A DNA stretch of 64,000 nucleotides, from the NCBI GenBank assembly GCA_963730185.1, contig CAVSQW010000015.1, positions 512,001 to 576,000 of the forward strand, given 5' to 3'. The DNA comes from an uncultured Gemmatimonadales bacterium (lineage in GTDB: Bacteria; Gemmatimonadota; Gemmatimonadetes; Gemmatimonadales; GWC2-71-9). Positions 1 through 10,207 of this stretch are shown one piece after another; positions within the stretch are counted from its first letter, which is position 1, and every line of letters begins with the position of its first letter. The notes under the pieces were generated by a model that had not been told where the DNA came from, did not search any database, and worked only from the letters and a program-made list of their open reading frames with translations. The position numbers and the translations under genes are program-made.

Positions 1-21
1 GAGGAGGGCGATGATGGTGAT

Positions 22-1382
22 ATGTTCACGAAAGTCCTGATCGCGAACCGCGGCGAGATCGCCCTCCGGGTCATCCGGGCCTGCCGCGAGCTGGCCATTC
101 AGACCGTCGCCGTCTACAGCGAGGCCGACCGCGAGTCGCTGCATGTGCGCTTCGCCGACGACGACGTCTGCATCGGTCCCGCGCCCAGCCGCTCGTCCTA
201 CCTCAACATTCCCCGAGCATCATCGCCGCCGCCGAGATCACTGGCGCCGACGCCATTCACCCGGGCTACGGCTTTCTGGCCGAGAACGCGGAGTTCGCCG
301 AGATCTGCAAGGCGTCGAACATCGCCTTCATCGGGCCGACGGCCGAGCAGATCCGGCAGATGGGCGACAAGGCTTCGGCCCGCCGCCTGGCCAAGGAGGC
401 CGGCGTTCCCACCGTGCCCGGCTCGGAAGGCATCCTGACCGACGTCGAGGAAGCCCTCCCCCTGGCGGAGGGCATCGGCTTCCCGGTGATCATCAAAGCC
501 ACCGCGGGCGGGGGCGGGAAGGGCATGCGGATCGCCCACGACGGCGACCAGTTCACCCAGCTCTTCGGGCTGGCCCAGAACGAGGCGCTCTCCGCCTTCG
601 GCAACGGCGACGTCTACGTCGAGAAGTACCTGGAGCGGCCGCGCCACGTCGAGATCCAGGTGATCGGCGACCAGCACGGCCGGGTGATGCACCTGGGCGA
701 GCGCGACTGCTCGGTGCAGCGTCGGCATCAGAAGCTGATCGAAGAGAGCCCGAGCCCGGCGCTCACGCCCGAGCTGCGCCAGCAGATGGGCGACGCCGCC
801 GTAGCGCTCTCGGCGGCGATCGGCTACGTCGGCGCCGGGACAATCGAATTTCTGCTCGACATCGACGGCAGCTTCTACTTCATGGAGATGAACACCCGAA
901 TCCAGGTGGAGCATCCGGTGACCGAAATGGTGACCGGGTTCGATCTGGTCAAGGAGCAGATCCGGGTGGCGGCCGGCGAGCCGCTTACCTTCCCGGCCCA
1001 TCTGAACGGGCTTCGGGGCCACGCGATCGAGTGCCGGATCAACGCGGAGGACCCGTACCGCAACTTCCAGCCGTCGCCCGGGCTGATCACCGCCTACCAT
1101 CCGCCGGGCGGTCCCGGCGTCCGGATCGACACCCACGTCTACGCCGGCTACCGGGTGCCGCCGCACTACGATTCGCTGCTGGCCAAGGTGATCGTGCACG
1201 GGCGCGACCGGGCCGAGGCGCTGGCTCGGATGGGGCAGGCGCTCGACAGCTTCATTCTCGAAGGCGTCACGACTACGATTCCGTTCCTGGCACGGGTGAT
1301 CAAGAGCCCCAAGTTCGTCGCGGGCGAGATCGATACCCGGTTCCTCGAACGGGAGAGTCATCTGCTCCGCCCCGAGTCATGA
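22..1382 (+). CDS. accC: Acetyl-CoA carboxylase, biotin carboxylase subunit (one frameshift near 211-215, probably a sequencing error)
   Basis: N-terminus [18 protein letters not shown] in ORF 22..438. Continues in another frame as [23 protein letters not shown], then [48 protein letters not shown]. Confidence 0.95.
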
Positions 1383-2122
1383 GCATCGACGTCGTCTTCA
1401 CGCCCGCGGGCCTCGCCAAGGACGAGATCGCGGGCAAGGTGGTATTCGTGATCGACGTGTTGCGAGCCACGACGGTCATATGCGCGTCGCTCTTTCACGG
1501 AGCCCGGGGCGTCATTCCGGTCGGCTCGATCGAGGAGGCCACCCGGATGGCCCAGACGCTGGGCCCCAAGGACGTGGTGCTCACCGGCGAGCGGAACGGC
1601 CTCCCGATCGCCGGGTTCGCGCTGGGCAACAGCCCCCTCGAGATGACCGAAGCGCAGGTGAAGGGCAAGACCTTGGTGATGACCACGAGCAACGGGACCG
1701 GCGCGATGCTGGCCACGGCCGGGGCGGCGCAGGTCTACCTGGCCGCCGCGGCGAATCTCTCGCTGGCCGGCGCCCGGGCTCGCGCGGTCGTCGACGCCGG
1801 TGGCCAGGTGGTGATCCTCTGCGCTGGCCGGGCCGGCGCGTTCGGTCTCGACGACGCCTACACCGCCGGCCGCCTGGTGATCGAGGCCCGCGGCGGCAGC
1901 CGGGGCCGGAAGGGCCTCAACGACGCCGCCATGGCCTCGGTGGACTTGGTCCGGCGCTACGGTGAGCGCTGGGGCCGTCCGCTCGGCCTCTCGGCCGCGG
2001 GGCGGCACCTGACCGCGATCGGGATGGGCCACGACGTGCTCGAGGCCGCCAATCAGGACCGCTACCCCGTGCTGCCGCAATTCCACGACCGGCGGATCTC
2101 CGCCGCGCCTCCCGAGTCATGA
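1379..2122 (+). CDS. comB: 2-phosphosulfolactate phosphatase (ComB) family protein
   Basis: MSIDVVFTP...VIDVLRATT...GERNG...FALGNSPLE...TTSNGT...DDAYTAG motifs; ATGA overlap with the accC stop. Confidence 0.85.
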   Translation: MSIDVVFTPAGLAKDEIAGKVVFVIDVLRATTVICASLFHGARGVIPVGSIEEATRMAQTLGPKDVVLTGERNGLPIAGFALGNSPLEMTEAQVKGKTLVMTTSNGTGAMLATAGAAQVYLAAAANLSLAGARARAVVDAGGQVVILCAGRAGAFGLDDAYTAGRLVIEARGGSRGRKGLNDAAMASVDLVRRYGERWGRPLGLSAAGRHLTAIGMGHDVLEAANQDRYPVLPQFHDRRISAAPPES

Positions 2123-4368
2123 CGCCCGAAGATCGCCGCCGGCTCGGCGCGCTGTCCGCGCTGGTCCTCGGGATCTTCCTCGGCCTCTGCCTGATCCCGG
2201 GGATGCCGACCGGCGCCCTCGGCCGGACGCTGGGGGGTCTGCTCTGGCGGTCGTTCGGCGCCGGCGCGGTGGGCCTGCCGCTCCTCGGGCTCGCCCTGGC
2301 GCTGGCCGGCTTCGACCGGCTGCCCCGGCTCGACATGAAACGGGCGGCCGTGCTCCTCGGCGGGCTCTCGCTGCTGGTCCCCTTCGTGATCGGGGTGGTG
2401 GTGGGCTCGATCCCGGCGGACTTCGACCCGCGACTGGCCGACTGGTCGGCGGCGGCCCGCGGCGCCGGGCTGCTGCCCGGGCTTCTGGCCTACGGGGTGG
2501 TCGGCCTGGTGGGGAAGACCGGTGGCCTCCTCCTGGGCTTCCTGCTGCTGTCCGCGCTCACCATCCTGACCCTCGCCTGGCATCCGCTCCGGCGGCTGGA
2601 AAAGGTCGAGGGCGAGGAGGCCGTGACCGCGGGCCCCGAGCGGTCGGCCAGGACGCCGCGCCCCAAGCGCGAGCCCAAGTCCGAGTCCGAGTCCGAGCCC
2701 GAGCCCGCGCTGGCGGCCGCGGCGCCGCCCGGTCTGGATGCCGGGCGGAAATCGCGATCCAAGGCCACCTCGCTCGCGGAAGCGGCCACCGCCGGCGAGC
2801 GGCGGCCCGAGGACTCCGATCTGCCGCCGGTCTCGCTCCTCCGCGAGCCGGCGGTCCAGGACACTCAGGCCGACGAGGCCGAGCTGGACCGGCTGGGCAA
2901 CTCCCTGCTGGAGACGCTCCGGACCTTCAAGGTGGACGGGTCGATCGCGGGGCGGACCAGCGGGCCGGTGGTGACCCAGTTCGAGGTCGTGCCGGGACCG
3001 GGCGTCAAGGCCGGTCGAATCGTGTCGCTCGCCGACGACCTGGCGATCACCATGCGGGCCACCAGCATCCGGGTGGCGCCGATTCCCGACAAGGGCGCGG
3101 TGGGGGTGGAGATTCCCGAATCCGACCCGCCGGATGGTCACGCTCCGCGAGCTGCTCGAGGCGACCGAGTGGCACCGGAGCCGGGCCATCCTGCCGGTGG
3201 CGCTCGGGCGTGATCTCGAGGGGAAGCCGGTGGTGGCCGACCTGGCCAAGATGCCCCACCTGCTGATCGCCGGCGCCACCGGCACCGGCAAGTCGGTCGG
3301 CGATCAACGCCATCGTCAGCTGCCTGATCTACCGCCGGCCGGCGTCGCACCTCCGGTTCCTGATGATCGACCCCAAGATGGTGGAGCTGTCGATGTACAA
3401 CGAGCTGCCCCACCTCCGCCACAAGGTCGTCACCAACAACAACGACGCCGCCCGGGTGCTCAAGTGGGCGGTGTACGAGATGAACCGGCGCTACGAGCTG
3501 CTCCACGCCAACGGCGCCCGGAACGTGGCCGACTTCAACCGGAAGGCTGAGGACGGCAAGCCGCTCCGGAACCCGGTCAAGGAACGACCCACCCTGACGG
3601 ACATCTCGGCTCAGGAAGTGACCACCCCGCCGGAGCCCGCGACCCCGGAGACCTACACCGAGGGGATCCTGCCGTACATCGTGATCGTGGTGGACGAGCT
3701 GGCCGACCTGATGATGACGGTGGCCGGCGAGGTCGAGACGCCCCTCGCGCATGCTGGCCCAGAAGGCCCGCGCCATCGGCATCCACCTGATCCTCGCGAC
3801 CCAGCGTCCGTCGGTGAACGTGCTGACCGGTCTGATCAAGGCCAACTTCCCGAGCCGGATCGGCTTCCGGGTGGCCTCCAAGGTCGATAGCCGGACCATC
3901 CTCGACCAGAACGGTGCCGAGGCCCTGCTGGGGAACGGCGACATGCTCTTCCTGCCGCCGGGACGGAGCGAGCCCCAGCGGATCCAGGGCGCGTTCATCG
4001 GGACGGAGGAGACCGAGACCCTGATGAGCTGGTTCCGCGACCGGCGGGAGGCGCGGGAGGCGGAGGAGCGGGCCAAGGAAGACGACATCATCGCGTTCAT
4101 GCGGGCCAAGGAAGCCGAGGACGACGGCGGCGGCCCGTCCGGGGTGGACACCGATCGGGACGATCTCTTCCGCGACGCGGCCGAGGCGTGCGTGCAGAAT
4201 CAGGGCGGGTCCACGTCGCTCCTCCAGCGCCGGCTTCGGATCGGGTACGGGCGGGCCGCCCGGATCATCGATCAGCTTCACAGTGCCGGCATCCTGGGCC
4301 CCCCAGACGGCAGCAAGCCGCGGGAGGTGCTGATCGGGGTGGAGCAGATCGAGGAGTATTGTGAGTAG
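2119..4368 (+). CDS. ftsK: FtsK/SpoIIIE DNA translocase (about three frameshifts near 3118, 3300, 3750)
   Basis: N-terminal TM helices, GPVVTQFE, DLAKMPHLLIAGATGTGKSV (Walker A), MIDPKMVEL, IVIVVDELADLMM, LATQRPSV, gamma domain STSLLQRRLRIGYGRAARIID, spread over consecutive ORFs. Confidence 0.93.
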
Positions 4369-4555
4369 TGAGCAGGGAGTTGTGACTAGGGAGGGAGTAG
4401 GGAATCGTGAATGGGGGTGGCCTCTGCTCGGTCCCTGGTCACGACTCACCATTCACGCCCAAATCACGACTCACCACTCACCATTCACTCCCTAATCACG
4501 ACTCACCATTCACCATTCACTCCCTAGTCACGACTCACCACTCACCATTCACTAT
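4363..4555. repeat. Intergenic heptamer tandem-repeat array with inverted arms (TCACCAY/TCACGAC units; 32-bp higher-order unit about x3)
   Basis: G-rich arm ~4363-4416 (agtagtg, agcaggg, agttgtg, actaggg, agtaggg, aatcgtg, aatgggg). C-rich arm 4432-4555 with tcacgac-tcaccay-tcaccat-tcac-tccctar at 4464, 4496 and 4528 (third copy degenerate at its end). Confidence 0.85.
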
Positions 4556-4561
4556 CCCCCC

Positions 4562-4846
4562 ATGTGTCGAAACATCCGCACCCTCTTCAATTTCGATCCC
4601 CCGGCAACCGATGAGGAAGTGCGGGCCGCCGCGCTCCAGTTCGTCCGCAAGGTGTCGGGTTTCACCCGACCCTCGAAAGCGAACCAGGCTCCCTTCGACC
4701 GTGCGATCGACGACGTAACCCGGGCGGCCCGGCGACTCCTCGGTTCGCTCGAGACCACCGCCGCGGCCCGGAGCCGCGAGGTCGAGGCGGCCCGGCGCCG
4801 GGCCCGCTCGGCCCGCCGCTTCGGTGGGGAAGCCCGACCTTCCTGA
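4562..4846 (+). CDS. DUF2277 family protein
   Basis: MCRNIRTLFNFDPPATDEEVRAAALQFVRKVSG signature. Confidence 0.85.
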   Translation: MCRNIRTLFNFDPPATDEEVRAAALQFVRKVSGFTRPSKANQAPFDRAIDDVTRAARRLLGSLETTAAARSREVEAARRRARSARRFGGEARPS

Positions 4847-5035
4847 TCGGGGTCCGGGGCGCCCCCGGCCCCCTGGCCCCCGTCTTGCCCGTCCAGCCGC
4901 GACGAGCCGTATCACTGCGCCCCCGGCCCTGCCGGGGTCCGGCGCCTGCCGCGTTCGGCCACGGGCTCTCGCAGCCCGCGGGGGCGGGGGAGCGCACCGG
5001 ATTGCGCGCCGTCCTGGGGGAAGGGGGGACAACCC

Positions 5036-5944
5036 ATGAGCTGGAAACGACTTGGAAGGACGGCCCTCGGGGCCGCGCTGGTCGCGGTGGGGGCCTGTGG
5101 GGGCGAACCGACCGGTTTCTCGGCCTCGGTGTCGGTGAACCGCTTCTTTGCCGGCGCGTACGCGGTCATGCCGAATGGCGCCGCCCCCGCGGCCGGACCG
5201 AAGGCGGGCGCGGCCGCGGCGGCCCCCGCCGATCCCGTGCTGATCAACGCGGTGCTCCGGAGCGGCACCTGGGAGGTGGGGGCCGGCGGTCCGGTCGCCA
5301 CGCTCACGCTCCAGAGCTCGATCGTGACCGGCATGCCGGCCCGGCTCGAGGTCAGCGGTGACGCGCCCTTCAGCCGGATCGTGCTCGCCGTGCCGGGCTC
5401 GGCCGACTACTGGGAGATCACTCTTCCCTCCGAGGTGACCCAGATTCAGGTGGTGGTCACCGGCTCGAGCTCGATTCCGAACACCCAGTTCTCCATGCAG
5501 GCCGGGGTCGGGAGCGCGACCGGTCTGGGCCGGGTGGCCGAGCAGTCGGTGCACGCGGTAGACCTCGGGAACGTGGACGTGGCCGTCGTGCTCCGCTGGA
5601 ACGCCTACAGCGACGTAGACCTCCACGTCATCGATCCCAACGGGCACGAGGTGTACTTCGCCAGTCCGTCGAGTCCCGAAGGCGGGCGCCTCGACCTCGA
5701 CTCGAACCCGGCCTGCCACATCGACGGGGTGAACCAGGAGGTCGTCACCTGGCCCCTCAATGCTGCGCCGATTGGCCAGTACCGGATCGTGGTGGACTAC
5801 TGGTCCGACTGCGGCGTGCCCCGGAGCGACTACGCCGTGACCTACATGGTCCGGGGGCGGACGGTTCAGGTGGTGAACGGCGCCTTCGAGGGACCGACCT
5901 CCCCCAGCGCCCAACACGAGATCGGCACGTTCGCCTTCCCCTAG
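5036..5944 (+). CDS. Putative lipoprotein with C-terminal YfaP/DUF2135-like domain
   Basis: Signal peptide ending LVAVGAC (lipobox); LRW..SDVDLHVIDPNG..VYF...LDLDSN motif typical of YfaP-like domains. Confidence 0.65.
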   Translation: MSWKRLGRTALGAALVAVGACGGEPTGFSASVSVNRFFAGAYAVMPNGAAPAAGPKAGAAAAAPADPVLINAVLRSGTWEVGAGGPVATLTLQSSIVTGMPARLEVSGDAPFSRIVLAVPGSADYWEITLPSEVTQIQVVVTGSSSIPNTQFSMQAGVGSATGLGRVAEQSVHAVDLGNVDVAVVLRWNAYSDVDLHVIDPNGHEVYFASPSSPEGGRLDLDSNPACHIDGVNQEVVTWPLNAAPIGQYRIVVDYWSDCGVPRSDYAVTYMVRGRTVQVVNGAFEGPTSPSAQHEIGTFAFP

Positions 5945-6102
5945 ACTGGCGGAAGGCGGGTAGGTAGGTGGACGCCTGGAAGGTGGGTTAGCTTGGGGCG
6001 GTCGGCGGATGCAACGTCGGCCGCCCCTGGCGCATCGAACTCGCGAGGCCGGCCCGCCGGTCTCCAGCCGCCCGACCGTCCACCCGACTCCCGGGGGTCT
6101 TC

Positions 6103-8523
6103 GTGACGAACCAGCTTCGGCTCGCTTGGCGCACCCTTCGCCGTCGCCCGATCCTCTCGCTCGCCATCGCGCTCACGGTGGGCAGCGCCCTCGCGGCGAC
6201 GACGATCGCCTTCGCCGTGGTGCGAGGGGTGCTGCTCGAGCCGCTGCCCTACGCGGACCCGGATGGGCTGGTGGCGCTCTGGGAAACGCGGCCCGACCAG
6301 GGGAACGACCGGAACGTGGCCTCGCCGGCCAATTTCTACGCCTGGCGGGAACGGTTGCACTCGGTGGGATCGGTTGCGTCGCTCCTGTCCACCAGCGCCG
6401 CCCTGACCGGTGACGGCGAGCCCGAGCAGGTTGGGATGATGCTGGCCTCGGCTGCCTATTTCCCGATCGTCGGCGCGACGCCCCTGGCCGGCCGGTTCTA
6501 CTCCGAGCGGGAGGACGTGGACGGCGGGCCCAAGGTCGCGGTGATTTCCGAGGGGCTCTGGCGCCGCCGGTTCGGTGGCGACCCGGGCGCGGTGGGCCGG
6601 ACCATCGAGCTCAACGAGACCCGGTACGAGATCGTGGGCGTGCTGCCGGCGCGGTTCGACTTCGCCCCCCGGTACGCCTTCGCCAGCACGGGGACCCGCG
6701 ACGTCTGGGCGCCGCCCCAGTACGACGCCCGGGCCCGGACCTGGGGCGGCCGGTTCCTTCAGGTGATCGGTCGGCTGGCTCCCGGCGCTACGGTCGGCCA
6801 GGCCAATCAGGAGGTCGATCGATTGGCCTCGGCGCTCCGGTCGGAGTTTCCGACCCGGCAGGAGGGCTGGGGCATGCGTGCCGTCGAGCTCAAGACCGAT
6901 CAGGTGGGCGACGTGCGCCCGACCGTGCTGATCGTCTTCGGGGCGGTGCTCTTCGTGCTGCTGATCGCTTGCGCCAACGTGGCCAACCTCCTGCTGACCC
7001 GGTCGGCGGAGCGGCAGCAGGAGGTCGCGGTGCGCGCCGCGCTGGGCGCCGGTCGGGCCGCCATCTTCCGGCAGCTGCTCGGCGAGAGCGTGGTGCTCAC
7101 CGGGCTTGGCGGGCTGGCCGGGCTCGGGCTGGCCTCGTGGGGGGTGACCGCGCTGGTGGCCTCGGCGCCGGACCTGCCCCGGCTCGACGCGGTCCGGCTC
7201 GACGGGGCGGTGATCGGCTTCGGGCTGCTGGCTACCCTGCTGGCCTCGGTGCTGATCGGCCTCGGTCCAGCGGTCCAGCTGGCGGGGCAGGACTTGGCGA
7301 CCTGGCTTACCCAACGATCGACGGCCGGACGGCGGTCGGCCCATCGGCTCCGTTCGACCCTGGTTGCGGCCCAGGTCGCCTTGTCGTTCGTGCTGCTGGT
7401 GGGGGCGGGTCTCCTGGTCCGGAGCCTGGTCAACCGCCTCGGGGTGGAGACCGGGGTGAATCTCGATGGTCTGATGACCGCCCAGGTGTCGCTCCCGGGC
7501 CGCCGCTACGGTGGGCCCGAGCGGCGGAGCGCGTTCTTCGAGCAGCTGGTCGAGCGGGTTGCCGCGTCGCCCGGGGTGGCCTCCGCCAGCATCGCCAGCA
7601 TCGTGCCGATGAGCGGCGACGGGCAGGCGACCTCCTTCCGGGCCCTCGATCTTCCGGCGCCGGCGCCGGGTCAGGAGCCGGTGGCCGATGTCCGCTTCGT
7701 GCAGCACGACTACCACCGGACGATGGGGATCGACGTGCTGGAGGGGCATTCACTCGACGGCAGTGGCGCCGCCGGCGGTCCGGTCAGCGTCCTGATCAAC
7801 CAGGCCGGCGCCGAGCTGCTCTGGCCGGGCCAGTCCGCGATCGGGAAGGAGATCGCGATGGAGTGGGGCGACACGCTGGTCGCGCAGGTGGTCGGGGTCG
7901 TCCGCGACGTGCGTCTGGCCGGTCCCGACCGCCCGGTCCGGACGACGCTCTACTGGGACTACCGGCAGGTCGGGGTGCCGACGCGGATGGTCGTGATCGC
8001 GCGGGCCGCCACGGGCCGCCCGGAAGCGCTGGCGCCGGTCATCCGGACCGCCGTTCACGACTTGGACCCGAACCTCCCCGTCTACAACGTCCGAACGATG
8101 CTGTCCTACTTCGGCGACGCGGTCGCCCGGGCGCGCTTCACCACCGTGGCGCTCGGTCTCTTCGCCCTGCTGGCTCTCGCCCTGGCGGTGCTCGGCGTCT
8201 ACGGCGTGATGGCGTATGCCATCCAGCAGCGGGAGCGGGAGATCGGCATCCGGCTCGCGTTGGGGGCCGATCGCGGCACGGTCGTCGGGATGGTGCTCCG
8301 GGAAGGAACCCGGGTCGTGCTCCCGGCGCTGGCCGTGGGTGTCGTCGGCGCGCTGGCGCTGACCCGGCTGCTCCAATCTCTGGTGTTCGAGGTAAGTCCG
8401 GCCGACCCGGCGACCTTCGGCGCGGTGGGCCTGGTGCTCGGCCTGGCCGCGATGGCCGCGTGCTGGCTCCCCGCGCGGCGGGCCAGTGGGATCGACCCCG
8501 TCGAGGCGATTCGCACCGATTGA
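6103..8523 (+). CDS. Duplicated FtsX/MacB-type ABC permease (ADOP-like orphan permease)
   Basis: Two MacB/FtsX repeats: VLLIACANVANLLL..R..EVAVRAALGA and REREIGIRLALGA; C-terminus ACWLPARRASGIDPVEAIR. Confidence 0.9.
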   Translation: MTNQLRLAWRTLRRRPILSLAIALTVGSALAATTIAFAVVRGVLLEPLPYADPDGLVALWETRPDQGNDRNVASPANFYAWRERLHSVGSVASLLSTSAALTGDGEPEQVGMMLASAAYFPIVGATPLAGRFYSEREDVDGGPKVAVISEGLWRRRFGGDPGAVGRTIELNETRYEIVGVLPARFDFAPRYAFASTGTRDVWAPPQYDARARTWGGRFLQVIGRLAPGATVGQANQEVDRLASALRSEFPTRQEGWGMRAVELKTDQVGDVRPTVLIVFGAVLFVLLIACANVANLLLTRSAERQQEVAVRAALGAGRAAIFRQLLGESVVLTGLGGLAGLGLASWGVTALVASAPDLPRLDAVRLDGAVIGFGLLATLLASVLIGLGPAVQLAGQDLATWLTQRSTAGRRSAHRLRSTLVAAQVALSFVLLVGAGLLVRSLVNRLGVETGVNLDGLMTAQVSLPGRRYGGPERRSAFFEQLVERVAASPGVASASIASIVPMSGDGQATSFRALDLPAPAPGQEPVADVRFVQHDYHRTMGIDVLEGHSLDGSGAAGGPVSVLINQAGAELLWPGQSAIGKEIAMEWGDTLVAQVVGVVRDVRLAGPDRPVRTTLYWDYRQVGVPTRMVVIARAATGRPEALAPVIRTAVHDLDPNLPVYNVRTMLSYFGDAVARARFTTVALGLFALLALALAVLGVYGVMAYAIQQREREIGIRLALGADRGTVVGMVLREGTRVVLPALAVGVVGALALTRLLQSLVFEVSPADPATFGAVGLVLGLAAMAACWLPARRASGIDPVEAIRTD

Positions 8524-8668
8524 GACCGGCGGCGCGCCCCCGAAGCCCGTCGACGGGTCGCCGACCAACGGCTTCCGGGGAACGCCCTGCCGGAACGTTT
8601 CACTCGGTCGTGGGCTCCCCGTCGGCCATGCCCATGCGGCGACGGCGGGTCGCCGCTACTATGCTGCC

Positions 8669-10207
8669 ATGGCAACCCTCAATCTGGCGACCCTGCTCCG
8701 GGAACCGGCCGCGGAGCAGCCCGACGCCGTCGCGCTGGTCCAGGGCGATACCGGTTGGACGTACCGTGATCTCGACGACCGGGCCCGCCGTCTCGCCGCG
8801 GGTCTGCTCGATCTCGGCATCCGGCCGGGACAGCACGTAGCGCTCCTGTTCGCCAACCAGCCCGATTTCACCCTCTGCTACTTCGCCTGCCACTACGCCG
8901 GTCTGGTGGTCGTTCCGCTCAACGTGATGCTGACGGCCGAGGAGATTGGGTTCCACCTCGACGACGCGGACGTGGTGGCGCTTCTGGTGGCCGACGACCT
9001 GCTGCCCGCGGCTCGCACCGCACTGGCCCGAGCCGAGACCTGCAAGCACCTCGTCGTGGGACTCGGGCCACGCGAAGACACGCTGCTGCCGCCCGGTACC
9101 GAGCTGGTCGAGGCCCTTTCGGCGCCCGGGCGGCCGCCGGTGGCCGAGCCCGCCGCGACCGGTCCGGACGACACGGCGGTCATCCTCTACACCTCCGGGA
9201 CGACGGGCCGACCCAAGGGCGCCGAGCTCACCCACTTCAACCTCTACTGGAACGCGCATTACGTGGCCCGTCACTTTCTGGCCGATGGGCCGCCGCCGGT
9301 GTCGCTCGCGGCGCTGCCGTTCTTCCACAGCTTCGGTCAGACCGCGGTCCAGAACGCCACTTTCGTGGCCGGCGGCACGGTGGTGCTGCTGCCGCGGTTC
9401 GACGCCGGGGCGGCGTTGGCGCTGATCGACCGGCACCGGGTGTCCTACTTCGCGGGCGTGCCGACGATGTACTTCGGGTTGCTTCACCATCCGGAGGCCA
9501 CCCGATACGACCTCTCCAGCCTCCGCCGCTGCATCTCGGGCGGGGCCGCCATGCCGGTCGAGGTGCTCCGGGAATTCGACCGCCGGCATGGCGTCGACAT
9601 CCTCGAGGGGTACGGACTCTCGGAAACGTCGCCGGTGGCGAGCCAGAACCGGCCCGACCGGCCGAAGAAGCCGGGGTCGATCGGGCTCCCGCTCCGGGGG
9701 GTGGAGTTCCGGCTGGTGGGCGACGACGGCCGGACGATCGAGGCGCCTGAGGTGCCCGGGGAGATCTGGATCCGCGGGCCGGTAGTGATGAAGGGGTACT
9801 ACAAACGTCCGGAGGCCACGGCCGACACCGTTCGGGACGGCTGGCTCCGGACCGGCGACGTGGCCCAGCGCGACGCCGACGGCTTCTACTTCATCGTGGA
9901 CCGGAAGAAGGACATGGTCATCCGGGGCGGCTACAACGTCTATCCCCGGGAGATCGAGGAAGTGCTCTACGGGCACCCGGCCGTGATGGAGGCGGCGGTG
10001 ATCGGGGTGCCGGAGCCGCGGCTGGGCGAAGAGGTCAAGGCGGTGGTGGTGCTCAAGCGGGGGGCCGGGGTCACGGCCGAGGAGCTGATCGCCTACTGCC
10101 GGAGCCGGCTGGCGGCCTACAAGTACCCCCGCCGAGTGGAGTTCGTCGCCGCGCTGCCGAAGGGGCCCACCGGCAAGATCCTCAAGCGGATGCTTCGGAG
10201 CGGCTGA
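8669..10207 (+). CDS. Long-chain fatty acid--CoA ligase (AMP-binding family)
   Basis: ILYTSGTTGRPKG, EGYGLSETSP, GWLRTGD, IVDRKKDMVIRGGYNVYPREIEE, LPKGPTGKI. Start placed at MATLNL. Confidence 0.9.
   Translation: MATLNLATLLREPAAEQPDAVALVQGDTGWTYRDLDDRARRLAAGLLDLGIRPGQHVALLFANQPDFTLCYFACHYAGLVVVPLNVMLTAEEIGFHLDDADVVALLVADDLLPAARTALARAETCKHLVVGLGPREDTLLPPGTELVEALSAPGRPPVAEPAATGPDDTAVILYTSGTTGRPKGAELTHFNLYWNAHYVARHFLADGPPPVSLAALPFFHSFGQTAVQNATFVAGGTVVLLPRFDAGAALALIDRHRVSYFAGVPTMYFGLLHHPEATRYDLSSLRRCISGGAAMPVEVLREFDRRHGVDILEGYGLSETSPVASQNRPDRPKKPGSIGLPLRGVEFRLVGDDGRTIEAPEVPGEIWIRGPVVMKGYYKRPEATADTVRDGWLRTGDVAQRDADGFYFIVDRKKDMVIRGGYNVYPREIEEVLYGHPAVMEAAVIGVPEPRLGEEVKAVVVLKRGAGVTAEELIAYCRSRLAAYKYPRRVEFVAALPKGPTGKILKRMLRSG

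Noticed and set aside
2671..2706. GAGTCC/GAGCCC hexamer repeats in ftsK
   Set aside because: Ordinary low-complexity linker (SESESEPEP) of FtsK.
4432..4555. 32-bp periodic repeat as a CRISPR array
   Set aside because: The units are directly adjacent with no unique spacers, and there are no cas genes in the window.
4847..5035. GC-rich hairpins upstream of the lipoprotein as a riboswitch, SRP or 6S RNA
   Set aside because: Stems are present but no conserved loop motif is recognisable, and pairing is expected at this GC. An Rfam scan would settle it.
5945..6010. GGCGG/GGTAG-rich tract here and at 53401-53460 as a third repeat family
   Set aside because: Too degenerate to define a unit from two examples.
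8526..8593. Long interrupted stem-loop after the ABC permease as an ncRNA or MITE
   Set aside because: Single copy, no U-tract and no target duplication; at most a terminator or stabiliser.
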